A stretch of DNA of 63,095 nt from an uncultured Rhodothermales bacterium (GTDB lineage Bacteria; Bacteroidota; Rhodothermia; Rhodothermales; VXPQ01): positions 1 through 63,095 of the forward strand of contig CAZKNF010000013.1 in NCBI GenBank assembly GCA_964554105.1. Reading direction: 5' to 3'. The notes under the pieces are model-generated. The model was not told the DNA's origin and did not search any database. It saw only the letters and a list, made by a program, of their open reading frames with translations. The position numbers and the translations under genes were made by a program. This document shows, in pieces, positions 32,528-41,607 of the stretch; the stretch's first letter is position 1, and each line of letters opens with the position of its first letter.

Positions 32528-33490
32528 TCACTCGCTGTCGACGTCCCTTTTAACATGAATATAGTCGGCAGCGCTGTCCCGAAGCCGGTCGCGCTGATGC
32601 ACGTACATCATGGTGGTCTCGATGTTTTTATGTCGGGCGTGTGTCTGAACCTGTTGAATCGAGGCGCCGGCTTCAATGGCGAGCGTACATCCTGTGTGGC
32701 GCAGTGAATGGGCTCCAATCTCATCGGGGAGACCGGCTCGTCGTGCCGCTTTTTCGACGATGCCATAGATTGAACGCTCCGAGAGCCGATTTCCTCGGCT
32801 GTTGTTGCTGAGCGATCGCCACAGCGGACCCTCGCTGATCGCGTAATGCGTTTTCACCACCTCGATCTGCTCGACGACATGGGCCGGCATCTTGACGTAC
32901 TGGTCCGCGCCGCCCTTCGTATTCGGAAGGTCAAGCACCCAATAGTGGCCGAGCGGGCGGATGTGGTCTACGTTCATCGCAGCCGCCTCCGATCTTCGCA
33001 GGACACAATGGAGGAGCGTCGTTAACAGTGCTCGGTCACGCGCCGCTGCCTCGCCCGAGTCGTCCGCCGCACGCAGCAGGCGCTCTGCCTGCTGGGACGT
33101 AAGAAATATCAGCGTCTTATCGCGTGATCCTGCTGATCGCACACGCCTCAGGAGTTGTCGATGCGCCGGGTTCTTGGTAATGAGATCGAGCGCCAGGAGC
33201 CACTCAAAGAATCCGCGGATCGCTGCCGTCCGCCGCTTGATCGTCGACGCCTTGTAGCCTTCCTCCTGAAGCCGGGCTATATATTGGTTAACATCTAGGA
33301 ACGATACAACGCGTGCATCCGCGAGCGTCACATGTTCGAAGCCGAAAAAATCGGCGAGGTCGGCGCCGTAGGCGCGGCGAGTTGCAGAGCGATCGAATCG
33401 CTGCAGGTAAACCGGAATCAAGTCGACTTCACCATCTAGATGCGAGCCGACCAGCGTGGCGTAGGTGCCGAGGCTTTTATTTGCGTCCAT
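32528..33490 (-). CDS. XerC/XerD-like tyrosine recombinase
   Basis: N-terminal core-binding domain (S.ATRRAY..DL; STIKRR.AAIRGFFEWL; NPA). Catalytic R (LRRSE), K (TKGG), HxxR (HSLRH), H (HARH), Y (TMMY). Confidence 0.93.
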   Translation of the reverse strand: MDANKSLGTYATLVGSHLDGEVDLIPVYLQRFDRSATRRAYGADLADFFGFEHVTLADARVVSFLDVNQYIARLQEEGYKASTIKRRTAAIRGFFEWLLALDLITKNPAHRQLLRRVRSAGSRDKTLIFLTSQQAERLLRAADDSGEAAARDRALLTTLLHCVLRRSEAAAMNVDHIRPLGHYWVLDLPNTKGGADQYVKMPAHVVEQIEVVKTHYAISEGPLWRSLSNNSRGNRLSERSIYGIVEKAARRAGLPDEIGAHSLRHTGCTLAIEAGASIQQVQTHARHKNIETTMMYVHQRDRLRDSAADYIHVKRDVDSE

Positions 33491-33516
33491 CTGGCCCTTT
33501 TCGGAGTTTAGATCTT

Positions 33517-33544
33517 AGTTCCGATAAGAACTGTTATCGGAAGT
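33517..33544. other. dif-like 28-bp recombinase site (11-6-11 inverted repeat)
   Basis: AGTTCCGATAA-GAACTG-TTATCGGAAGT; arms 10/11 complementary; ATAA-N6-TTAT core as in dif/cer sites; 26 bp from the recombinase ATG. Confidence 0.8.
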
Positions 33545-33550
33545 AGAGAC

Positions 33551-33579
33551 AGTATAAAGATCCGTGGCTTTCAGATCAA
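33551..33579 (-). promoter_or_regulatory. sigma70-type promoter of the recombinase gene
   Basis: Minus strand TTGATC (33579-33574), 17-nt spacer, TATACT (33556-33551); predicted start about 33545, at the edge of the dif-like site. Confidence 0.7.
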
Positions 33580-33736
33580 GCTCAGGCAGTCCGAACATCT
33601 CCCGCCCGTGTGAAAACACGATAACGACAGGCGTCGCCATCCCTAACGAGGCGGCTGCATGGAACACCTCGCCCCAGGGTTTCATGTAAATTCAGCCCAC
33701 GGACGAGCACTGGAAACTAGCAATAGGCGAAGCGCT

Positions 33737-34297
33737 ATGGCGAAGCAACTCGAAGGAACGACGGTCGCAATCGTTGCGACCAATGGATTTGAACAAGTGG
33801 AATTAACGCAACCGCGCAGCGCCCTTGAAACAGCGGGAGCCACAACGCACGTGGTTGCACCGGACGCCGGCAGCATACGTGGCTGGGACCATACTGACTG
33901 GGGTGACGATGTAGATGTCGACCGCACACTGGACGAGGCAGATCCGGACGACTACGATGCGCTCTTTCTGCCTGGTGGCGTGTTGAATCCCGATAAGCTC
34001 CGCATGAACGACGGGGCAATTTCTTTCATACGTCACTTTTTCGACAACGGAAAACCGGTTGCGGCCATCTGCCACGGACCGCAGGCGCTCATCAACGCCG
34101 AAGTTGTTGAAGGACGGCGGCTGACATCGTATCCATCTGTGAGGAAGGATCTAGAGAACGCGGGCGCCGACTGGATCGATCAGGAAGTCGTCGTGGATAA
34201 CGGCTTGATCACCAGCCGAAATCCGGATGACATCCCGGCGTTCAATGAGGCCATTGCGAACGAGTTTTCTCTCGTTCGAGCCACGACTACGGCATAG
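33737..34297 (+). CDS. PfpI/DJ-1 family (type 1 glutamine amidotransferase-like) protein
   Basis: GFEQVEL, LPGG..NPD.LR, AAICHGP, TSRNPDD.PAF. Confidence 0.93.
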   Translation: MAKQLEGTTVAIVATNGFEQVELTQPRSALETAGATTHVVAPDAGSIRGWDHTDWGDDVDVDRTLDEADPDDYDALFLPGGVLNPDKLRMNDGAISFIRHFFDNGKPVAAICHGPQALINAEVVEGRRLTSYPSVRKDLENAGADWIDQEVVVDNGLITSRNPDDIPAFNEAIANEFSLVRATTTA

Positions 34298-36629
34298 CCG
34301 ACATTACCGGTGCAAGGGCTCGCAGTCGCAGCGCGTTGCCGAGGACGAACGCGTCCGAAGCTGCCATTGCGCCGGCTGCGAACACCGGCGAAAGCAGGAT
34401 GCCGAAAAATGGATACAGCACGCCCGCCGCGACAGGAATTAGCGCCACGTTATAGGCGAAAGCCCAGAACAGATTCTGCTTGATGTTGCGCAACGTTCGG
34501 CGTGAGATCTCTAGCGCGTTTACAAATCCCCGCGGGTCGCCGGACATCAGAATAACGTCGCCGGCTTCGATCGCGATATCTGTTCCCGTACCAATGGCCA
34601 CTCCCACGTCTGCTCGTGCCAAAGCAGGTGCATCATTGATGCCGTCTCCGACGAAAGCGACGCGGTGGCCTTTCTGTTGAAGTCGGCCGACGACCTCCGC
34701 CTTCTGGCCGGGAAGAACGCTCGCAACTACATCCGTGACACCGACGTCGTGAGCGACGGTGCGTGCCGTTTTCTCTTCATCGCCGGTCACGATGATGACG
34801 TGAAGCCCCTCGTTCTGTAAGAACCGGATCGTCTCGCGTGCGCCGGCCTTTACGCGATCTGCCACGAAAAACACGCCGGCGAGCTCGCCGTCAATCGCGA
34901 CAAACGTACGGCCCGCTCCATCATCACCCGTTCGGTCCAGGATTCCGTCTGCGGAATGGGTCGAGCCGAGGTCCTCCATGTAACGACGCGAACCGACGTG
35001 AACTTTTCTCCCGTCGACGACACCGGATGCGCCGGCCCCGGTTAAGGATTCAAAGTCATCAACGTCACGCAGCATCACTTCCTCAGACTCTGCCGCCCGC
35101 ACAATGCTCTCAGCAATCGGATGCTCCGAGCGGCGCTCTACGGATGCGGCCCACTGTAGTACGTCGGATTTCTTAAAGGAATTTGTCACGATGAAATCGG
35201 AAACTCCAGGTCGACCTTCGGTTATGGTTCCAGTCTTATCCATCACCACGACATCGACCTCACGAAGAGTCTGAAGTGCTTCGCCACGTCGAAACAGCAC
35301 ACCCATTTCGGCCGCCTTGCCTGTCGCTACCATGATGGAGGTCGGTGTCGCGAGTCCCATGGCACATGGGCATGCGATAATCAAGACGGATACCGCAGCG
35401 ACGAGACCGTACGTCAACGCGGGATCGGGACCAATCGCCATCCAAACTCCGAATGTAATACTCGCGATAATGAGAACGATAGGCACGAACACACGAACTA
35501 CTTGATCAGCCAACGCCTGGACGGGCGGCTTCGATGCCTGTGCTTCTTCGACCAGTCGCACGATCTGTGCTAAGACCGTATCGCTTCCCACGCGCGATGC
35601 CGTGAATCGAAACGAGCCGGCACCGTTCACCGTCCCTCCAACGACTTCCGCGCCCTCGACCTTCTCTACCGGAGTGGGCTCGCCGGTGATCATCGATTCA
35701 TCCACGAATGATCTGCCCTCTGAAACCACGCCGTCCGCAGGCAGCCGCTCTCCGGGACGCACGCTTAAAATATCGTCGGGTGCGACGTCGGTTATTGGTA
35801 CGTCGATCTCTCTGCCGTCTCGAACCAGACGTGCCGTCCTAGGCTGAAGCTGGAGCAGTCGGCGCATGGCTTCGCTGGTGCGCCCCTTCGCCGCAGCCTC
35901 GAGAAATCTGCCCGCCAGGACAAGCGTGATGATGCCGGTTGAGGCTTCGAAGTAGACGTGCGCGGTACCTGCTGGGAGAATTCCGGGAAAAAAAGTCGCG
36001 ACGGTTGAATAGCCGTACGCTGCCGTCGTACCGAGCATTACCAGGGTATTCATGTCCGGATCGCCCTGTATCGCCCCCTTCCAGCCACGAATGTAGAAGC
36101 TGAGACCTGGCCCGAACTGAACGATGCTGGCAAATCCGAAAAGCAGTATATACAGGCTCTGTTCGGACAGTATAGTGCCCACCCAACCCGCGAAGGTTTC
36201 GGACAGCATCGGTCCCATTTCGAGAATCATTACCGGCAGCGTGAACGCGGTCGCGATGAGCAGCCGCCTCGTCGCTCTTACTCTCTCATGATCGCGAGCG
36301 GTACCTTCGGCATCCGCCCGTTCCTCCATCGTCCCCTCGATACGTATCGGCGTGTAGCCGGCCTCGCGCACGGCTTCTTCGAGAGCGCCCGTGTCCTGAT
36401 CGCGGCGTTTCCACTGTACCGCGGCCCGTTCGGTGGCCATGTTGACGTTCACAGATTCTACGCCCTCGACATGCGATAGCGCACGCTCGACGCGTGCGAC
36501 ACATGCCGCACACGTCATTCCGCCGACACCCACCTCCCGCAATACAGATGGTTCGTTCTGATCCAGGACATCCTCGAGCTGCGTCGATGTACCGGAGGTA
36601 CGTCTCGCTTTCGTCGATGAATTCTTCAT
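34287..36629 (-). CDS. copA: Cu(I)-translocating P1B-type ATPase
   Basis: GMTCAAC metal-binding domain, [32 protein letters not shown]...IP. Confidence 0.95.
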   Translation of the reverse strand: MKNSSTKARRTSGTSTQLEDVLDQNEPSVLREVGVGGMTCAACVARVERALSHVEGVESVNVNMATERAAVQWKRRDQDTGALEEAVREAGYTPIRIEGTMEERADAEGTARDHERVRATRRLLIATAFTLPVMILEMGPMLSETFAGWVGTILSEQSLYILLFGFASIVQFGPGLSFYIRGWKGAIQGDPDMNTLVMLGTTAAYGYSTVATFFPGILPAGTAHVYFEASTGIITLVLAGRFLEAAAKGRTSEAMRRLLQLQPRTARLVRDGREIDVPITDVAPDDILSVRPGERLPADGVVSEGRSFVDESMITGEPTPVEKVEGAEVVGGTVNGAGSFRFTASRVGSDTVLAQIVRLVEEAQASKPPVQALADQVVRVFVPIVLIIASITFGVWMAIGPDPALTYGLVAAVSVLIIACPCAMGLATPTSIMVATGKAAEMGVLFRRGEALQTLREVDVVVMDKTGTITEGRPGVSDFIVTNSFKKSDVLQWAASVERRSEHPIAESIVRAAESEEVMLRDVDDFESLTGAGASGVVDGRKVHVGSRRYMEDLGSTHSADGILDRTGDDGAGRTFVAIDGELAGVFFVADRVKAGARETIRFLQNEGLHVIIVTGDEEKTARTVAHDVGVTDVVASVLPGQKAEVVGRLQQKGHRVAFVGDGINDAPALARADVGVAIGTGTDIAIEAGDVILMSGDPRGFVNALEISRRTLRNIKQNLFWAFAYNVALIPVAAGVLYPFFGILLSPVFAAGAMAASDAFVLGNALRLRALAPVMSAMP

Positions 36630-36630
36630 C

Positions 36631-36912
36631 CTACTGCAACTGCTTGTAGAGCAGATTCATGATCTCGTCGTAAGAATGCTCGGCCGCATCTCGGTCGCCG
36701 GACCGAAGTGCTTCGGTCACGCAGGTTTCCAGATGATTGCGCGTGATAATTTCTCCCACAGAGCGCAACGCCCGCTGGACGGACGTGATCTGTTGAAGGA
36801 TGTCTCCACAGTACCTCCCCCCTTCTACCATGCGCTGCAAACCTCGCACCTGACCTTCTGCTCGGCGAAGCCGCTGAAGGACGTCGGATTCCTTTTCTTC
36901 GTGCAGTCTCAT
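36631..36912 (-). CDS. csoR: CsoR/RcnR family metal-sensing repressor (alternative TTG start 36942)
   Basis: [12 protein letters not shown]; YC...HLETC (C-H-C Cu ligands); between copZ and copA. Confidence 0.9.
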   Translation of the reverse strand: MRLHEEKESDVLQRLRRAEGQVRGLQRMVEGGRYCGDILQQITSVQRALRSVGEIITRNHLETCVTEALRSGDRDAAEHSYDEIMNLLYKQLQ

Positions 36913-36966
36913 GTTCGCGTGTTCGATTTCTGCGTGCTCCAAGGCGAGATTGCCGGGCCGAACGAT

Positions 36967-37191
36967 TCAGACCTCCACGTGATCTGTTGGCTGGTATCCT
37001 GCCTCACGTATCGCAGAATCGATCTGACTGCGGTCGAGCGACGCGCCATCATAGCTTATATCCGCCGTTCCAATGGTGACCTCGTGCACTTGCACGCCGA
37101 GATCGTCCAGCGCTGAATGCACCGCCTCCACACAATGCGAACATCCCATCCCATCGATTCTCACCTGTTCGTGCGTCATGGTTCTCGTCAT
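36967..37191 (-). CDS. copZ: Copper chaperone (HMA domain)
   Basis: IDGMGCSHCV...AI.EAGY; start ATG 37191 or 37179. Confidence 0.88.
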   Translation of the reverse strand: MTRTMTHEQVRIDGMGCSHCVEAVHSALDDLGVQVHEVTIGTADISYDGASLDRSQIDSAIREAGYQPTDHVEV

Positions 37192-37227
37192 AGCCGCTTT
37201 ACGTGATGCCTTCGTGATCTTAGTACT

Positions 37228-37244
37228 ATACCCCCCCACCCTAT
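37228..37244. promoter_or_regulatory. Candidate CsoR operator
   Basis: ATAC-CCCCCCACC-CTAT: AT-rich flanks around a C/G tract, the typical CsoR/RcnR/FrmR operator form; overlaps a minus-strand -10-like TATAGT (37230-37225). Confidence 0.7.
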
Positions 37245-37328
37245 CCGTGTTCCTCCGCATTTATGGTGCACACGAGCCGAATGGTACGTGTGGGCGCTAC
37301 CCGGAACGGTTCCTAATTGGTGAGTACG

Positions 37329-38462
37329 CTACGCCGCGGCGGCGGGTACCTGCTCCTCATCAACGGCGAGTTCGCTCTCGCTGTCAAAGAAATGGAGTTT
37401 TTTAAGGTCTAAAGCCAGACGAACGGATTGGCCAGGCTCCGGGAGCACCTGCGGTGCCACGCGGGCAACGATCTCCTGATCGAGCGAGCGAGCGTAAAGA
37501 AATATTTCGTTACCCATAGGCTCGGTAACGTCCAGCAGGAAGTCGGTTTCAGCGGTTGCATCAGGGACGTATGCACTATTGGCGACATAAATATCCTCCG
37601 GCCGGATTCCAAGTACGACCTCCCTCCCCTCGTACTGACCGAGATTCTCAATGCGAATCTCATCGAGTCGAAGCGTAAAAGCATTGCCCATCGCACGAAA
37701 CTTGAGCCCGTCATCCCGAATGATCTTCCCTTCCACAAAATTCATCGACGGGCTGCCGATGAAGCCGCCTACGAATCTGTTGCGTGGACGTCCGTAAAGC
37801 TCGAGCGGACTATCAATCTGCTGGATGTGCCCATCGCGAAGCACGACAATTCGGTCCCCCATCGTCAGCGCTTCTACCTGATCGTGCGTCACATAGATCA
37901 TAGTTGCACCGAGCTGCCGGTGCAGTTTGGAAATCTCCGTGCGCATCTGGACGCGGAGTTTGGCATCTAGATTCGAGAGCGGCTCGTCAAAAAGAAATAC
38001 CTTGGGCTTGCGGACAATGGCCCGACCGACTGCGACGCGCTGGCGCTGCCCTCCTGAAAGCTGCTTTGGCTTCCGGCCAATGATGTCCTCGATCCCGAGA
38101 ATGTCCGCTGCTTGCTCTACGCGCTTCCGAATCTCGTCTTTCGGATACTTCCTCAACTTGAGCCCGAAGGCCATGTTGTCGTATACGGTCATATGCGGAT
38201 AAAGCGCGTAGTTCTGGAAGACCATCGCAATATCCCGATCCTTCGGGGGCACGTTGTTCATGACTTTCTCACCAATATGAAGCGTGCCCTGTGTAATCGA
38301 CTCCAGCCCCGCGATCATTCGCAGCATGGTACTCTTTCCGCAACCTGACGGCCCGACGAGAACCACGAATTCACCGTCCTGTACTTCGAACGAAGCGCCG
38401 TGGACGGCAACGACCTCGTTGTTATATACCTTTCGTAGTTGTTCGAGCTTAACGCGAGCCAT
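37329..38462 (-). CDS. Sugar ABC transporter ATPase (MalK/MsmX/UgpC type)
   Basis: GPSGCGKST, VFQNYALYPHM, LSGGQRQR, DEPLSNLDAKLR, VTHDQ; C-terminal TOBE domain. Confidence 0.96.
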   Translation of the reverse strand: MARVKLEQLRKVYNNEVVAVHGASFEVQDGEFVVLVGPSGCGKSTMLRMIAGLESITQGTLHIGEKVMNNVPPKDRDIAMVFQNYALYPHMTVYDNMAFGLKLRKYPKDEIRKRVEQAADILGIEDIIGRKPKQLSGGQRQRVAVGRAIVRKPKVFLFDEPLSNLDAKLRVQMRTEISKLHRQLGATMIYVTHDQVEALTMGDRIVVLRDGHIQQIDSPLELYGRPRNRFVGGFIGSPSMNFVEGKIIRDDGLKFRAMGNAFTLRLDEIRIENLGQYEGREVVLGIRPEDIYVANSAYVPDATAETDFLLDVTEPMGNEIFLYARSLDQEIVARVAPQVLPEPGQSVRLALDLKKLHFFDSESELAVDEEQVPAAAA

Positions 38463-38516
38463 CTGTCGTGACGTATCTGAATAGCGGATCAACGGGCAAC
38501 CGGCTGAAGCGGTCGA

Positions 38517-38532
38517 TTGGAAGCGCTGCCAA
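38517..38532. promoter_or_regulatory. Candidate LacI-family operator
   Basis: TTGGAAGCGCTGCCAA, a 16-bp palindrome (one mismatched pair) with central AGCGCT, 54 bp upstream of the ABC ATPase and divergent from a LacI gene. Confidence 0.7.
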
Positions 38533-38786
38533 AGCCGGCTTTAAAGATACAGCGCTAACGTACGGAATAACATGCTGGTTGCATCCGAAGGTCCATTCCA
38601 CCGATCGTGCCGGGCGTACCGGCCCGTCGGGGAATAAATGAGGACGGTCGAGTCGTAGCGAGTTCAGTTTCAATGGCTTTAGAACTCACGCGTAAATACC
38701 TTAAACGATTCAATGAGGTCTTGAAGCCGCAGGTGAGGGCGCCGACGACCGAAGTGTATACGTCCGTTAGCCATCTCAAAGCCGCC

Positions 38787-39809
38787 ATGCCGCAGGAAAA
38801 GTCAAAGGTCACGATTTATGATGTTGCAGATCGGGCCGGCGTAGCCATCTCGACGGTCTCACGAGTGCTCAACAACAGTACAGACGTGTCTGAGCTGACG
38901 CGTGTGCGGGTATTAGAGGCGATCGAGGAGCTGCAATTTCGTCCCGATCGCACTGCCAAGTCACTTGCCCAAAAACAGTCGAAATCGTTCGCAGTGGCAA
39001 TTCCGACCTTCACTATGCCGTTTCACACGGAGTTGTTGAAGGGAATTCGATTTCGCCTGCGCAATCATGATATCGATCTTTTGCTGTGCGATCTCGGGTC
39101 CACATCGCCCCATCAAACGCTTCTCAATTTCTTGAAGCGTGGTGCGGTGGACGGGCTCCTCCTGGTAGGCGTACCCGTCGAGGAGCGAATCGCCCAAGAG
39201 CTTCGGGCCCTTCATGCATCCGTCGTCCTAATCGGGATGCAGCACGACGATTTCGATTCATTCTACTGGGATGATGTCGCGGGCGGGCGTGCGGCCGTCG
39301 AACACCTTCTCGGTCTAGGTCATGAGCGGATCGCGATCATCAAGTCCCATACGCCGAGCAAGGTTCAAGAGGACCGCGTACAGGGTGCAAAGGAGGCCCT
39401 CACGGCTGCAGGGATCGATATGGGCGATCAGTTTCTGTATATAGGGCAGACCGAGAAGCATGCCGGTTTTAGTGAAGAAGCCGGTTACGAAGCTATGGTA
39501 CGTATCCTCGAAGTGCGTCCGGAAATTACCGCTGCCTTCGCCATGAGTGACGTGCAGGCCATTGGCGCCTGGAAAGCCGCTCGCGATGCGGGCAAAAGAG
39601 TCCCGAACGACATCGCGATCGTCGGTTATGATGATATCAAGACCAGCTACTATATCGGGCTCTCGAGCGTGGACCAGCGCATGCACTGGGTTGGAGAAGA
39701 GGCAACTGAGCTTCTGCTCCATCATATGCAGGGTGAACATGATGAACTGCCCGTGGAGCGGCGCATCGTACCCCAACTAGTTGGCCGCGACTCATCCGTT
39801 CCGTCCTGA
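38787..39809 (+). CDS. LacI family transcriptional regulator
   Basis: TIYDVADRAGVAISTVSRVLN HTH, hinge AKSL, C-terminal VP.DIAIVGYDD. Confidence 0.96.
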   Translation: MPQEKSKVTIYDVADRAGVAISTVSRVLNNSTDVSELTRVRVLEAIEELQFRPDRTAKSLAQKQSKSFAVAIPTFTMPFHTELLKGIRFRLRNHDIDLLLCDLGSTSPHQTLLNFLKRGAVDGLLLVGVPVEERIAQELRALHASVVLIGMQHDDFDSFYWDDVAGGRAAVEHLLGLGHERIAIIKSHTPSKVQEDRVQGAKEALTAAGIDMGDQFLYIGQTEKHAGFSEEAGYEAMVRILEVRPEITAAFAMSDVQAIGAWKAARDAGKRVPNDIAIVGYDDIKTSYYIGLSSVDQRMHWVGEEATELLLHHMQGEHDELPVERRIVPQLVGRDSSVPS

Positions 39810-39834
39810 CGACCGAATACGCGATAGCACACTG

Positions 39835-40818
39835 ATGGTGAATCCTGAGACGCTGGAACTGCAGCTCGATCGGACGCTCCGTGAGACACATCTCGTGAAT
39901 CTTGGTAATCGGTACCAGGGAAAAGTCCGAGATACATATCAGCGGAATTCCGAGCTTATCCTCGTCACGACGGATAGGATTTCGGCATTCGATCACATCC
40001 TTCGCCAGTCGATTCCGTTTAAAGGCCAGGTGCTCAATCAGGTCGCGGCGTATTTTCTGGAGCACACCCGCGATATCGCTCCCAATCATCTCGTGTGCGT
40101 TCCTGATCCGAACGTCACGATCGCCGTCCGATGCGAACCCGTACCAATTGAATTCGTAGTCCGCGGCTATATCGCCGGCCATGCGTGGCGCGAGTACAGC
40201 TCTGGACGGCGCAGCGTTTCGGGGGTGTCGATCCCCGAAGGCCTGAAGGAAAGCAGCCGCCTTCCACGGCCGATTCTTACGCCTGCTACAAAGGCGGAGG
40301 AAGGCCACGACGAGGACATCAGCCGAGAAGAAGTGATCGAGAGAGGAATCCTCGACAGTGCGACCTTCGACCATCTCGCGACACTTTCTCTCCGATTATT
40401 CAAGCGTGGCACCGACATGGCCTCCGAGCGTGGATTGCTCCTGGTCGATACCAAGTACGAATTTGGGCGTCATCCCGATGGCACATACGTCGTGATCGAT
40501 GAAGTGCATACCCCGGATTCCTCCAGATACTACTACTCGGAAGGCTACCAGGAGGCGCTGCGCAGCGACCGTCCGCAACGACAACTCTCGAAGGAATTCG
40601 TGCGAGAATGGTTGATGGAGCGCGGCTTTCAAGGTCGCGAAGGCGAAGCGCTCCCGGATCTCACCGATGAATTCCGCTTAGCGGTCGCTCGGCGCTATAT
40701 CGAGTTATATGAACGTGTAACCGGACGGCCGTTCGAGCCAGACACGCATCCGAATCCGGAGCAGCGCATTCAAGAAACGCTGGATCGGTTAAGCACCGAA
40801 GCGAACGACAAATTGTAA
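39835..40818 (+). CDS. purC: SAICAR synthetase
   Basis: GKVRD, TDRISAFD, EFVVRGY, TPATKA, VDTKYEFG, DEVHTPDSSR. Confidence 0.97.
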   Translation: MVNPETLELQLDRTLRETHLVNLGNRYQGKVRDTYQRNSELILVTTDRISAFDHILRQSIPFKGQVLNQVAAYFLEHTRDIAPNHLVCVPDPNVTIAVRCEPVPIEFVVRGYIAGHAWREYSSGRRSVSGVSIPEGLKESSRLPRPILTPATKAEEGHDEDISREEVIERGILDSATFDHLATLSLRLFKRGTDMASERGLLLVDTKYEFGRHPDGTYVVIDEVHTPDSSRYYYSEGYQEALRSDRPQRQLSKEFVREWLMERGFQGREGEALPDLTDEFRLAVARRYIELYERVTGRPFEPDTHPNPEQRIQETLDRLSTEANDKL

Positions 40819-40826
40819 GGCGCCGC

Positions 40827-41291
40827 TCACGCGCCGTCTTCTCCGGCGCCGACTTCCGATCCCTGAACCCATGCTGTTTCGCCGCTTGCGTATCTCTCAC
40901 GCTTCCATATCGGCACCGACTCCTTGAGTGTGTCGATGAGAAATCTGCACGCTTGGAAGGCATCCGCGCGATGCGGCGTACTCACGCCGATAAGGACACT
41001 CGATTCTGCGATCGGCACTACCCCCGTACGATGGTGAACGGCCGCCTTTATCACCGGCCATTGCTCGGAGGCTCTGTCAGTAATCCGACGCATTTCCTCC
41101 ACCGCCATGGACTCATATGCCTCGTAGTCCAGCTCCATCGTCTCGTCGGAGCCGGTCCACCGCCGCGTCGTTCCAAGGAAGAGGTCAATTGCACCGGCGC
41201 GCTCATCCCGCAGGAAGCTCGCCACCGCCTCGGTTCGAAGAGGATCGTCCGAAAGTAGGATCCATCTCGTTTCGTCACGCGCCTCGAGCAT
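40827..41291 (-). CDS. moaE: Molybdopterin synthase catalytic subunit
   Basis: GA..F.GTTR, LDYEAY, HRTG, PHRADAF, LKESVPIWKRE. Confidence 0.95.
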   Translation of the reverse strand: MLEARDETRWILLSDDPLRTEAVASFLRDERAGAIDLFLGTTRRWTGSDETMELDYEAYESMAVEEMRRITDRASEQWPVIKAAVHHRTGVVPIAESSVLIGVSTPHRADAFQACRFLIDTLKESVPIWKRERYASGETAWVQGSEVGAGEDGA

Positions 41292-41295
41292 TCCT

Positions 41296-41580
41296 TTAAC
41301 CTCCGCTCACAGGCGTGATGAGGGCCACTTCGTCACCGTCGGCGAGATCCACTGATCCTCCGACGTATTCTTGATTCACCGCGATACGCGTGACTGGACG
41401 GTACTCACCGATCGACGGAAACGATTTCTCCAGCTCATCAAGGAGGTGGGTGAGCCGCGAATCGGGCGCCAGTGTTACGTCCAGTTCCGCGCGGCCGATA
41501 CATTCTCGCAGGGCGCTGAAGAGTAATACGCGGACCGTGATGGTGGATGCGTTCACCTCGAGAAGCGGCTTTTCCGGCAT
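41296..41580 (-). CDS. moaD: Molybdopterin synthase sulfur carrier
   Basis: LFSALRE, AVNQEY, DGDEVALITPVSGG (terminal GG). Start uncertain. Confidence 0.93.
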   Translation of the reverse strand: MPEKPLLEVNASTITVRVLLFSALRECIGRAELDVTLAPDSRLTHLLDELEKSFPSIGEYRPVTRIAVNQEYVGGSVDLADGDEVALITPVSGG

Positions 41581-41607
41581 GGTTCTAAAAGGTTGAATTC
41601 TGCGCAC

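Noticed and set aside
32528-33600. Recombinase as an integron integrase with attI
   Set aside because: The K-to-HxxR spacing (about 70 aa) leaves no room for the IntI-specific insertion, and no attC-like sites or cassette array were seen.
31100-33700. Shared ECF/general-stress promoter (GGAAC...) upstream of baeRF and pfpI
   Set aside because: GGAAC is present at both, but the downstream -10 elements do not agree; too weak to call.
29444-37300. Prophage or genomic island around the recombinase
   Set aside because: No phage, conjugation or transposase genes, no tRNA, and no flanking direct repeats noticed; flanks are ordinary housekeeping and stress genes.
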